Assembly: GCF_006345805.1 (NCBI RefSeq)
Contig: NC_043010.1
Span: 19,654,001 to 19,718,000 of the forward strand
DNA: 64,000 bases
From: Octopus sinensis
Taxonomy: Eukaryota
Direction of reading: 5' to 3'
Shown in pieces: positions 51,358 to 62,040 of this stretch. The position numbers and the translations under genes are program-made. Position 1 is the stretch's first letter; the number at the start of each line of letters is the position of its first letter. The notes beneath the pieces were generated by a model that was not told the DNA's origin, did no database searches, and saw only the letters and a program-made list of their open reading frames with translations.

Positions 51358-53510
51358 AGAAGAGTAAAATTCATAAAATTATTATTATTATGGAATACAA
51401 GAATAGTAAAACCATTCCACAAGATTCCAGACTACAAGAGGAGAAGAAAAGAGGGAAAATATTGGTAATATGGGAGAGAAAAGAAATAAAACTCATCAAC
51501 AAGGTTAGTAATGTGGAATGCGAGAACATTGGAATGGATGAACGAAACAAAACTGGTAATCTGGAATACAACGCTAAAAAGAGATGGACAATGTAAGTAA
51601 TTTGGAATACAAGAAGAGTTGAACTGCTCCACACGATTATTAACCCGGAATACAAGATTAAAACAAACAATAAAAGTAATTCAGAAAAGAAGAAGATTAA
51701 GAAAGATGAAGAGTAAAACTGCTCCATAAGATTAATAATCTAGAATACGAGAAAATTCGAATGGGTGAATAGTAATTGGAATGAAAGAAGAAGAGGGAAA
51801 CTTCTTGAAAAGAAGGGTTCTTTGGAATACAAATATATTAAAATGAGAAATATAAGTACTTTGGAATACAAGAAGATTAAAGTGGATGAAGAATATAAGA
51901 TGGAATACAGGAAGTGTAACACTGATCCAAAAGATTAAAATTGAAGAACAATATAAGCAATTTAGAATTTAAAAAAAGGGTAAAACTGCTAAACAAGTAT
52001 AGGAATCTGGAATACAAGCAGATTAACCCTTTCGATACCAACCCAGCTGAAACCACCTCTGGCTCTGTAGTACAAATGTCTTGTTTACATAAGTTTTGAA
52101 TTAAAATCTTCCACCAAACCTTAGTCACAATTTATGTTCCTAACACCAGCTTTATGATAACAAAATCATTTTACTAAATTCTTTGTTACATTTAAAATAA
52201 TTGAAAGAAACACAGAGCATCTCAAAATAGTAACGGAAGGGTTAAAACAAATTGATATATAGTAATCTGGGATACAAGCAGATTAAAATGAATAAAAATA
52301 GAGGAATATGGAATAAAAGATGAAAATTTCTCGACAAGATAAGTAATCTAGATTGCAAGAATATTAAAAGAGGAAAAATATGGATAATTTGAATACAGTG
52401 AGAGAAACATGGCTCCACCAGATTAGAAATCTGGAATACATGAACACTAACACAGATGCAAAGTATTAGTACACAGGAACACTAAAACTGATCCACTGGA
52501 TTCGGGATCTGGAAAAGAAATGAGTGAACTTCATGGAGGTTAGTAATATGGAAGAAAAGGAAAAGGAGAACGAATAGACAAGGTTAGTTATATGGAATAC
52601 AGGAACAGAACAAGCGATGAACAAGTTTAGTAATCTGGAATACAAAAAGTGTAAAAATGATGAACAAGGTTAGTAATTAGGAATACAAGAAGAGTGTAAA
52701 TCGAGAACAAGTAATTAGGAATAAAAGAAGAGTGTAACTCGGGAAGAGGGTTAGTAATTAGGAATACAAGAAGAGTGTAACTCCGGAACAAGGTTAGTAA
52801 TTAGGCATACAAGAAGAGTGTAACTTGGGAGCAAGGTTAGTAATTAGGAATACAAGAAGAGTGTAACTTGGGAGCAAGGTTAGTAATTAGGAATACAAGA
52901 AGAGCGTAACTTGGGAGCAAGGTTAGTAATTAGGAATACAAGAAGAGTGTAACTTGGGAGCAAGGTTAGTAATTAGGAATACAAGAAGAGTGTAACTTGG
53001 GAGCAAGGTTAGTAATTAGGAATACAAGAAGAGTGTAACTTGGGAGCAAGGTTAGTAATTAGGAATACAAGAAGAGTGTAACTTGGGAGCAAGGTTAGTA
53101 ATTAGGAATACAAGAAGAGTGTAACTCGGGAACAAGGTTAGTAATTAGGAATACAAGAAGAGTGTAACTTGGGAGCAAGGTTAGTAATTAGGAATACAAG
53201 AAGAGTGTAACTCGGGAACAAGGTTAGTAATTAGGAATACAAGAAGAGTGTAACTCGGGAACAAGGTTAGTAATTAGGAATACAAGAAGAGTAAGGAATA
53301 AAGAAAATAGTAACAATGATGAAGGCGTTACTATTAGTAATCTGGAATGCAATCAGTGAATAACTGATTAACGAGGTTAGTATTCTGGATTAAAAGAAGA
53401 GCAAAACTGATGAAAATGTTTAGTTATCTGTAGTGCAAGAATTGTAAATGTTTTGAACAAGGTTTATAATCTGGAATAGAAGAAGAGTAAAACTGACAAA
53501 CATTTCTTGG
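51358..53510 (+). repeat. 43-bp minisatellite: homogeneous core 52748-53292 (about 12.5 copies) with degenerate flanks
   Basis: Unit AGGTTAGTAATTAGGAATACAAGAAGAGTGTAACTTGGGAGCA starting at 52791, 52834 ... 53221, 53264. Confidence 0.95.
52023..52245. mobile_element. piggyBac-like MITE inserted at a TTAA in the satellite
   Basis: TTAA-CCCTTTCG ... CGGAAGGG-TTAA; homolog at 2243-2416. Confidence 0.8.
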
Positions 53511-53969
53511 CATATTCTTGGGAATAAAGAAACCAATGCAGTTTATATTCCCAACATCTGTTTCGCACACAATGATTATTCTTGTTTTCCTTTCATGCAA
53601 CTTTTCTTGCTTTGTTGTTACTTTCATGTACTTTGACCCTGTGTTCGGAATCGGAGCCAAATACATTTGTCTTGCATTCTTCACAGCAACTGCTTCAATA
53701 TCGCATCATTGATATGCATAAAAAGACTAAAAGACCAGTGTGGTCGAATTTGGTTCTCAGTGTGGTTGGATAATCTTAAAACGTACCATGTTTTAGTCCT
53801 CCATGTGAGATGTGCCAAAGGTTCTTTTTAGACCAAACATTCTCAGTTCTACAACTTTGTGATCAAAGTTACAATAACTTTTCCCTGACCGTTATTCCTG
53901 AAGCTGAGGTCTAAAACTCATAATGCCACAGATAAAGTCCAAGAACAACTATTTCATAAACAGTACATA

Positions 53970-54630
53970 GATGTGGGTGTGACTGAGTGGCAAGAAGTCT
54001 GCTTCCCAATCACATGGTTCTGGGTTCAGTCCCACTGTGTGCAGCCGGAGAAAGTGTCTCCTACTATAATCTCAGGCCAACCAATAGCCTTGTGTGGTAG
54101 ATGGAAACTGAAAGAAGCCCATCTCGTCGTCATCATCATTTCACATCCTTGTTCCACACTGGCAGGATATGGATATATTTCACTTAGGCATTGTGGGATT
54201 GATAACCTGGTGTAGAATCCAATAAATGGATGCTTCTGAACAAAGTGTTGGACGAGAATGGAATGAAAAAAGGAAGACGACAAAGGAATGGAAAGTTTTA
54301 ACCATTTTCTTTTTCCTTTGTCATCTCATCTTCTTTGTGTGTGTGTGTGTGTGAGTGTGTGAGTGCATGTGTGTGAGTTGTGTGTGAGTGGTGTGTGCGC
54401 ATGCGTGTGTGTGTGTGTGTGAATATTGTCACCACCACTTGGCAGCTGGCTGGTGTTGCTGTGTTCACATGCCTGCAACCTAGCAGTTCAACAAAAGAAA
54501 GCAATAGAATAAATACCAGATTTGAAAAGAAATTAAACATTAGGATCAATTCATTCAACTAAAAGTCCTGCAAGGAATGCCCCAGCATGGCCACAATCTA
54601 ATGACTGAAACAAGTAAACAATTAAAGATG
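53970..54630 (+). mobile_element. Interrupted, degenerate SINE family A
   Basis: Head 53970-54128 and tail 54420-54630. Confidence 0.6.
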
Positions 54631-54849
54631 AGTTTCTGGTAACAAATCAAAACATCCAAAAGGGACATTATGAAAAGATTCCCATGTAACAGAATTTGGG
54701 ATCTCCTTGGGCAATATTTCAGACTTTGTCACAATCTCACTGTTTTACCTTTCATTTGAATTCAGTGATGAAAATCACTCACCTCACAGCCTACAAAACC
54801 ATATCCTACCTCGACATCATACAAGTTCTTTTTTTTTTCCTCCATAAAG

Positions 54850-55290
54850 AAGAGGATGGAACATGTGGAAGAGGGAGACCCAAGAAGACATGGGACAAAG
54901 TACTGAAGGATGACCTCTGGACGCTCAAACTTTCAGATGAGATGACAAAGGCCCAAAATACCTGGCACTTTGCTGTACTCAAGCAGACCTGTACTTCATA
55001 GCCGAAGTGTTAAGGCCACTCCCCGCCCCCTGGTGAAGAGGATTGGTCTGCAAGAGTCACGTGCCAGTGCCACGTAAATAACTCATGCTGGTACCACATA
55101 AAAGGCACTTGTGCCAGTGCTATGTAAAAGCATCCACTACACTCTTGGAGTGGTTGGTGTTAGGAAGGGCATCCAGCTATAGAAACCTTGCCAAATCAGA
55201 TTGGAGCCAAGTGTAGCTCTCAAGCTCGTCAGCTCTGGTCAAACCATCTGACCCATGCCAGAATGGAAAATGGATGATGATGATGATGAT
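54850..55290 (+). mobile_element. RTE LINE extreme 3' end and tail
   Basis: GTCGRGRPKKTWDKVLKDDL and (GAT)n tail. Confidence 0.8.
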
Positions 55291-55874
55291 AACTAGAATA
55301 ACACATCTTCAGTGCCTTCCATGAAACTGAAAACTTGAATATTGTTTTACTTGAGGTTCTGGTTGTTACAGAAAGTTCTTTTAGCTCAGTATCCTCTTTA
55401 AGATCAGCCTCTTCATTCATCTGAAGAACTTCATCCAAATACTTTTGCGTGAATAATCATTTTCACAGAATACAATTATACCAAGCCCCATTGGTATAAT
55501 TCATAAAGGTAACATTTGGTGGCCCGGACACCTTATTTGACCATCATTACAGACAAGTAGGGGACCATCTGTGCCCCAAATTAGCAGTGTCTTCATCTCA
55601 GCAGCAGAAAATCTGAGGACGTCTTGTTACAAACACACATCAGGGACTAAATGTGAAAAAAGCCATGAATATAGAAATGCCATAATTTTGGGAATGGTAA
55701 CAATGCCATGGTAGCTGATGCAATATGTCTTTCAAATCTGCAGATGTGGGTTTTGTTTTGGAGTTTAATTTAAATACGAAGGTCTTGGATGGGTAACTTG
55801 GGATCAGGAATGGTTTGTGGTTGACTTAGTAACATGGGACTAGCGGTGGTCATGGTTGGTAAGACAAGACAAAA

Positions 55875-57040
55875 AGGTGGGCTGAAAAACTGAAGGAGTG
55901 ATGCTAAAGCTGTGAAATCTTGCATGCATCTATTTCAGCTTTTCTTATTAATAACTGTATTGTTTCTTTCCAGGTAAACTGACAGCTGACTCTTCAAAAT
56001 AGACTTCAGAGGTAACTAGTAGCAACTTCTCTTGAAAATGGACAAAATTCAGCTTTGTGGGGTTAACAAATATCTGCAGAAAAAAAGGTTTAGCTCCCAA
56101 CATTCATGCTGACATGGTATTAGAGTATGACATTCCAACTTTATCAACAGTGCCAAAATGGACAGCTGAATCTAAGAGGGAAAAGGAAAGTTTTGAAGAC
56201 CACTCACAGTCTGGACATCCTGCAACTGCCACCAAGGAAAATATTGATCGTGTTCATCACATGATGATGGATGACAGGCGATTGACTATAAATCAAATAA
56301 CCAATGCTATTAGCTTATCCCGTGTGAAAGTTGAGACTATTCTGCACAATGAACTTGTTACGAAGGAAGTTTCTACTTGGTGGGTACACATCTTCCGACA
56401 CCTGACCAAAAGTGCAACAGGCTGATCACATCATGGGAAAACCTGACATTGTTTTAGGCAGATCCAGCTGGGTTCCTTAAATGTTTCCTAACCCAGGAGG
56501 GATGCTAGCTTCATCACTTTGAGCCAGAGACAATCCATGCAGTGGAAAAACCCCTCTCTCCATCTGCTCCCAAGAAGGCCAGCATCGTTTCATTTGCAGG
56601 GAAGGTGCTGGCCTCAGGGTTTTGGGATACAAAAGCATTGTGTTTATTGACTATTTTCAAAAGGGCCACACCATACACGGTGAGTACTGTTACCAACTTG
56701 CTGAGGCTGTTAGGAAAGGCTAACAAGACCAATTGCCCAGGAAAACTGATGAAAGGGGTCTTGTTCATCAGGACAGTGTTCCAGCATACAAATCCTTGGT
56801 TTCAATGGCTGCTGAGTCTTTGAAATGGTTGATCACCCTCCTTATTCTCTTGATTTATTCCCATCTGACTATTATTTGTTCCCCAATATGAAAAACGCTT
56901 GGCTGGGAATCCTTATCGCAGTGATGATGATGTCACATCTGCTGTTGATGGCTTATTTTGTCCCAACAAAATGCAAGTTTCTTCAACAATGGTATCCAAG
57001 CACCGGAACACCAATGGAAGAAGTGTGTGGGCTACAGGGG
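55875..57040 (+). mobile_element. Decayed mariner DNA transposon (transposase pseudogene from ATG 56038)
   Basis: EDHSQSGHP, DRRLT, WWV(P)HL, GKVLASGFWD, FHQDS, HPPYSLDLFPSDYYLFP motifs; frameshifts. Confidence 0.92.
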
Positions 57041-57512
57041 AGGGAGCGTATCTATGAACTTTTCAGCTAATCCTCATAGATGAGGTTGGGCGCTAGCAAC
57101 ACGGACTCAAGAAAGCTAATGGTTGGGTTAGTACTTTAGAATTACAGATGACCCTGGTTGGATTGGTAACCTGGAACCAGGGATGTTGTTGAAAAGATTA
57201 TCAAAAGAGTTAAAAAGCAAGACAATTCTATGGCAATAATTTTGTTTCCAAAGCCATACATTTAATGGCGTTTGTAGTTTTGGACATTTTCCTTTCAAAT
57301 ATACATCCATATCTCACCTGACTTTGTGTTGCATATTTAAGGGTACAGATGGATGAACTGGTCATAAATTTAAATCACTAACATTAACTAGGGAGATGAG
57401 TAACACTTTTGAACCATTAGTACAAAAAATTTAAGGTTAATGGATTGTATTTTCTGGTATACAAGTCAAATTCTTCAAACCAAAATTTACAGGTAAAACA
57501 AGGGAGGTTGCC

Positions 57513-57738
57513 TTACTCCTTTAGCATTCGGGTTTTTCTGTCAAATGTAATCCTTATTTATTCATATTGCTTTGAATTAATCATGTTATCTCAAAGCTTT
57601 GAGGTTTCAATGATGTGATTGTTTACTTTTAGAATGATATAGTAGGGTAGGCATGAGAAGCTGGATCTGGCCAGTTTCAACATGAAGCAAGTAAAATATT
57701 TACGCCAAAAATGGCCAGTTTAAATGCTAAAGAGTGAA
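57513..57738. mobile_element. TTAA MITE family 2
   Basis: Colinear with 15995-16219. Confidence 0.7.
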
Positions 57739-58633
57739 ACAGCAAAATGACTTTGAAGGACCAAATTTTGAGAAATGCAGCAGAATTTAGAAAGTGTGTT
57801 GTTTCAATATTTACACTACATGTTTATGTTATAAACCATGTCGACTTGTATGCCACAAAATACAGAATAAACAGAATTAGTTGTATTCATAAAAGTATTA
57901 CAAATCACCTGCAGCCACCTGTTAAAATGTCCAGTTGATAGCTTCTTCACAGCAGTTCCGTAGTCCATACTTCACCTTGGATAATCAGTAAATAAAAGGA
58001 AATGCAATAAAGACAGAGACACAGGAGTCTACACAACAACAACAACTACAAGACTTATTAGAAAAGGAATATGTGTTTATTATATCACCACATTCTGTCA
58101 ACATATTACATAACACTCTGTGGTTACACCTCACCATCCTGGGGAGGGACACATTGCCACACTGGAGGAGTAACATACATTACCACAGCAAGGGATGAGA
58201 TCTCATCAATGCATTCTGTATCACCTGTTACATTTACAGATAAATATTGTCATTAATGACCAAAATTTGGTGTCATTCAGACTCAACACTGGGTTCTGAG
58301 TTGTTTACTCTCTGTTATATTGTATGATATATAACCAATGTAATATAATATACTATAACACCTTAATAGTTGTGTGTGCGTGTGTATGTTAAAGTGTACA
58401 ATATTTTATATCCATTATGTTCAATTTTACCAGTCCCAATTGGTAAGATTGTCTACCATGGATATATAATACTGTACACTTTAATATACCCACTCTATTG
58501 ACAATATGGGTGAAGATTTTTTCTCACTACTGGATTTTTAGCTATATGTGTGTGTGTGTCTGATTGTATGATGACGGGAATATAAGAGGGACCTGTTTAT
58601 CTTGTCAATTTGCAGCAACTGCCTTTCTGGTCT

Positions 58634-58681
58634 CTGCTGCTGAAGAGGAGATAACCATGCTGAAATGCATGCATCCACCAG
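58634..58681 (+). ncRNA. Type I hammerhead-ribozyme-like motif with intact core
   Basis: CUGCUG-CUGAAGA-GG...CU-GAAA-UGCAUGCA-UC-CACCAG; stem I 5/6 paired, palindromic stem III. Confidence 0.55.
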
Positions 58682-59984
58682 TCAGGTTAGGGAATGCTGC
58701 AAGCTGACTCACTGTATTTAACACCTATTTGTCTATAGCAAGAAATTTTCTCCACCATCACAAAATACAGTGAATGGCTTTCTTGTGGGTTCAAATATGC
58801 CAGAAGCATATTTGAACTGATACCAAATGTGTGTACACACGCACGTGTGTGTACATCTACCAGACTTTAGAGCCTGGAACCATGTCGAAGATCTTCCTTT
58901 ATATGGTGGATGTTAGGTATTATAATTTGTTCTTGGTTGAGAACTTCTTTTGCAGTTGCCTCCCTAGAAAGAGGGTCTTAGTGGTTCTACATCAAAGACA
59001 AACCCAAACTACGCCTCATCTATGATCTCTTCTTGAATAACTTTGCTATAATTCTTTCTGCAACTTTCAGGTTATCAAGAAAGGATCGCGATGGGTGGAG
59101 GGAAAAATACCCCTAGTTAGAGGGAAGTCTCCCAACTAGCCCTCCTTTTAATTATATTCACAGCCATTTTTCATAAAGTGGTAAGTTTCCCTCCCTCTGA
59201 AGTGATTCTATTCAAATAGCTCTTTAAATGGGCTGGTCCACATATCATTCACACCAAGCTTATGGAAGGAGTTTACTCCAGTCAAAGAAGACTTCCGAAA
59301 TAGAGAACATATGACACTCCTTACTCTTCAGTCACTGCTTTTTGAGATGGACTCCTTCCTCATTGATGAGTAGTATCCTCCTCCTTCCTACTGCACTGCT
59401 ACCATGATGGCATCTGCTTTAGTTAACTAGCTACTTACATTATCACCTCTATCCAATACACTTGTCTCTCCATTCTTCCACTCGGGCCCAGCACCGACCA
59501 ATATCTCCCATTCTTCCTCTTTTGAACATTGTTTCTTTGTAGTTCTAACCCAGTCAGGTTTTTCCTCCGTATTAAATATCGAGTGACATTCACCATCCTA
59601 TGAGCACTTGTCAAGGCTACGGTTTCTAACCCTTCCTTAATAATCTTAAAATATTCCCCAGCAAAGAAGGAAGTTTGACTATTCATCAGAAATCATAGAG
59701 AAGTCAAAGGATCCATTCTTAATTTCAGGTTTTCAAGTGTAATGTAGTTGAAATCATCTGGTTCCATATTCCAACACCACTCCAGCTTTTATTAGGATTT
59801 CTTTGACCTCACTTAGAAGTCCTCACCCATTCTGCTCTGAAGACCAATTTCCCTGATTTCATTATCTTCATCATCAGAAACGATGAGGTTGAAATCCTTC
59901 AAACAAGTTGGTCGCTCTCCTTATCTTGGAAGTTTTCATTCCAACAAATGCTTTTCCAAAAAGAATGTGAAGCACAGAATTGGA

Positions 59985-60560
59985 TTAGCCCATTAAGTAT
60001 TTGAAAAACAGGGCAAAATAAGCTTTTAAGAACAAATATCTAAGCACTGCCACCCAAAAATTAAACTGATGGTTTACCAAGATGACATCATCTGAACCTC
60101 ATTATGTGGTTGCAAAACATGGACACTTTACTGGTGGGAAATCAAAAAACTGGAGTGTTTCCATCAACAGAAGCTCTGTGCCATCATCAACAACAAATAG
60201 GAGGATTACAAACACCAGCAGATGAAGCATAAAATCAACCCTGATTAAACACCAGCTACAATGATCAAGACTTGTGATTAAAACGTAACAAATGAGATTT
60301 CCCTCATTTAATTCTCTTGAATGGATTAATTATGAGGGAAAGGCCATGAGGATGACTCTTTCACTGTTACAAAGATCAGCAAAAAGAAAAATCAGACTTC
60401 AAAATGGCTGGAATTGAGATGAAAATGTGGGGAACTGAGGCCTAGAACTGTTCCAACTGGCAGCACTGCATCATCATTGGAACTGACCATGTTTTGAAGT
60501 CAGAAGAAAAAGAAAAGTTGAAAAATGTAAAGAAGACAAGACATCTTTCTGCCTTTTGAG
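59985..60560 (+). mobile_element. Decayed BovB-like RTE C-terminal fragment
   Basis: KLMVYQ...LCGCKTWTLYWWEIKKLECFHQQKLCAII resembles RTE LYGCETW...LEQFHQRCLR. Confidence 0.7.
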
Positions 60561-60690
60561 TTATCAACGCCAACATGGCGGACCCACTGAGATTGAAGTT
60601 CTTTTATACATACATATACACACATATTATATATACACACACATATATATAAATATATATATACACACACACACACATATATATATATAT

Positions 60691-60721
<31 letters not shown>

Positions 60722-60772
60722 CATATATACACACACATATATATACGGGTGTGTGTGATTGTGTATAGAAGA

Positions 60773-61100
60773 ATATATTAATAAAAGGAATTCCAACCTT
60801 GTCTGATTTTCACGTTTTATTTACAATCTTATAATGATATAATATAATATAATATAATAGAATAAAATGAAATAGTAGAATGTTAAATGTTCATTCTGAT
60901 TGAACTAGTACTTTCATGCATTAAATTCTGCAATCTTCTGAAGATTGCAGAATTTAATGCATGAAAGTACTAGTTCAATCAGAATGAACATTTAACATTC
61001 TACTATTTCATTTTATTCTATTATATTATATTGTATCATTATAAGATTGTAAATAAAACGTGAAAATCAAACAAGGTTGGAATTCCTTTTATTAATATAT
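60773..61100. repeat. Near-perfect ~330-bp palindrome (arms 166/161 bp, 1-nt spacer at 60939)
   Basis: Arms differ by two transitions and one 5-nt indel, all in the outer half. Confidence 0.97.
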
Positions 61101-61148
61101 ATATACATAAATATATACACACAAATATATATATATACACATATATAT

Positions 61149-61183
<35 letters not shown>

Positions 61184-61455
61184 GATACACATGGCCTAGT
61201 GGTAAAGGCATTGCACCCACGATCTAGTGATCGTGGGTTTGATTTCTGGATTGAGCAGTGTGTTGTGTTCTGTAGCGAAACACTTAATTTCATATTGCTA
61301 CAGTCCACTCAGCTGTAAACAGCTCACCCCCACAATGGATTAGTCTTCTGATCAGGGGCGAATGTTGGCCTGCTTGTCTTGCTAGTGGGGTGGCAGTATT
61401 CAAAAGCTAAAACGATGCAAAGCACACTGTGCCCAACAAGGGTCAATCACATGAT
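61184..61455 (+). mobile_element. SINE family D
   Basis: Colinear with 36369-36664. Confidence 0.7.
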
Positions 61456-61479
61456 CTACACACACACACGTTATTGGTT

Positions 61480-62040
61480 TGGTCTGAGGGAAAGTGTTGT
61501 GCCTATGGCCTCCAAGGCTTGGGTGATCAACTTCAACCTTGTTCCTGTTCAATATTTTGAAGTTGAAAGCTGCAAGAAAGTAATTCCCGTAGACGAACAT
61601 TCTGTGATGGAAGAGCTGAGCTGGGTAGAAGGGATTAAACAAAGCCAAAGAGGGTGGATATGGTGTAGGGAACTTAAGGAAAGTAAGCCAAAAGTCCCTG
61701 GGAGGGGTTGGCAAGAGACAATCAGCTCTGATAAAGCAGGGGCCACTATTTTAGCAATAGGAAAAAAAGCAGAAAGGAAGAGGAGATACAATATGTCTGC
61801 CTGAGGGTCAAAGGCTGAAGTTCATTGGCAAGCAATTTTCATATTCAAGGACATCTAAGGAAGAACTGTGTCTTGCTGGTGAGTGAGGAGGGTTCACCAT
61901 CCTTGTTCTAAATTCTGACACAGCTGCTAACTCCAAATTTGATAGGGCTTATGTTTTGACCCTACATTCAAGCCTCACTTCTGCCTGCTACGTCCACAAG
62001 GTTCCTAATGTAATATTGGTGACCATCAGAAAAGCTAAAG
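61480..62040 (-). mobile_element. Decayed L2/CR1-group LINE fragment
   Basis: PPRDFW...PPSL linker-like translation on the minus strand; no intact frame. Confidence 0.35.

Noticed and set aside
52748-53292. CRISPR-like regular repeat array
   Set aside because: Contiguous 43-bp tandem units with no unique spacers, no cas genes, and a eukaryotic context.
56057-57070. Domesticated transposase gene (SETMAR-like), given the acceptor-like tttccag at 55973
   Set aside because: Multiple frameshifts and stops; a decayed mariner.
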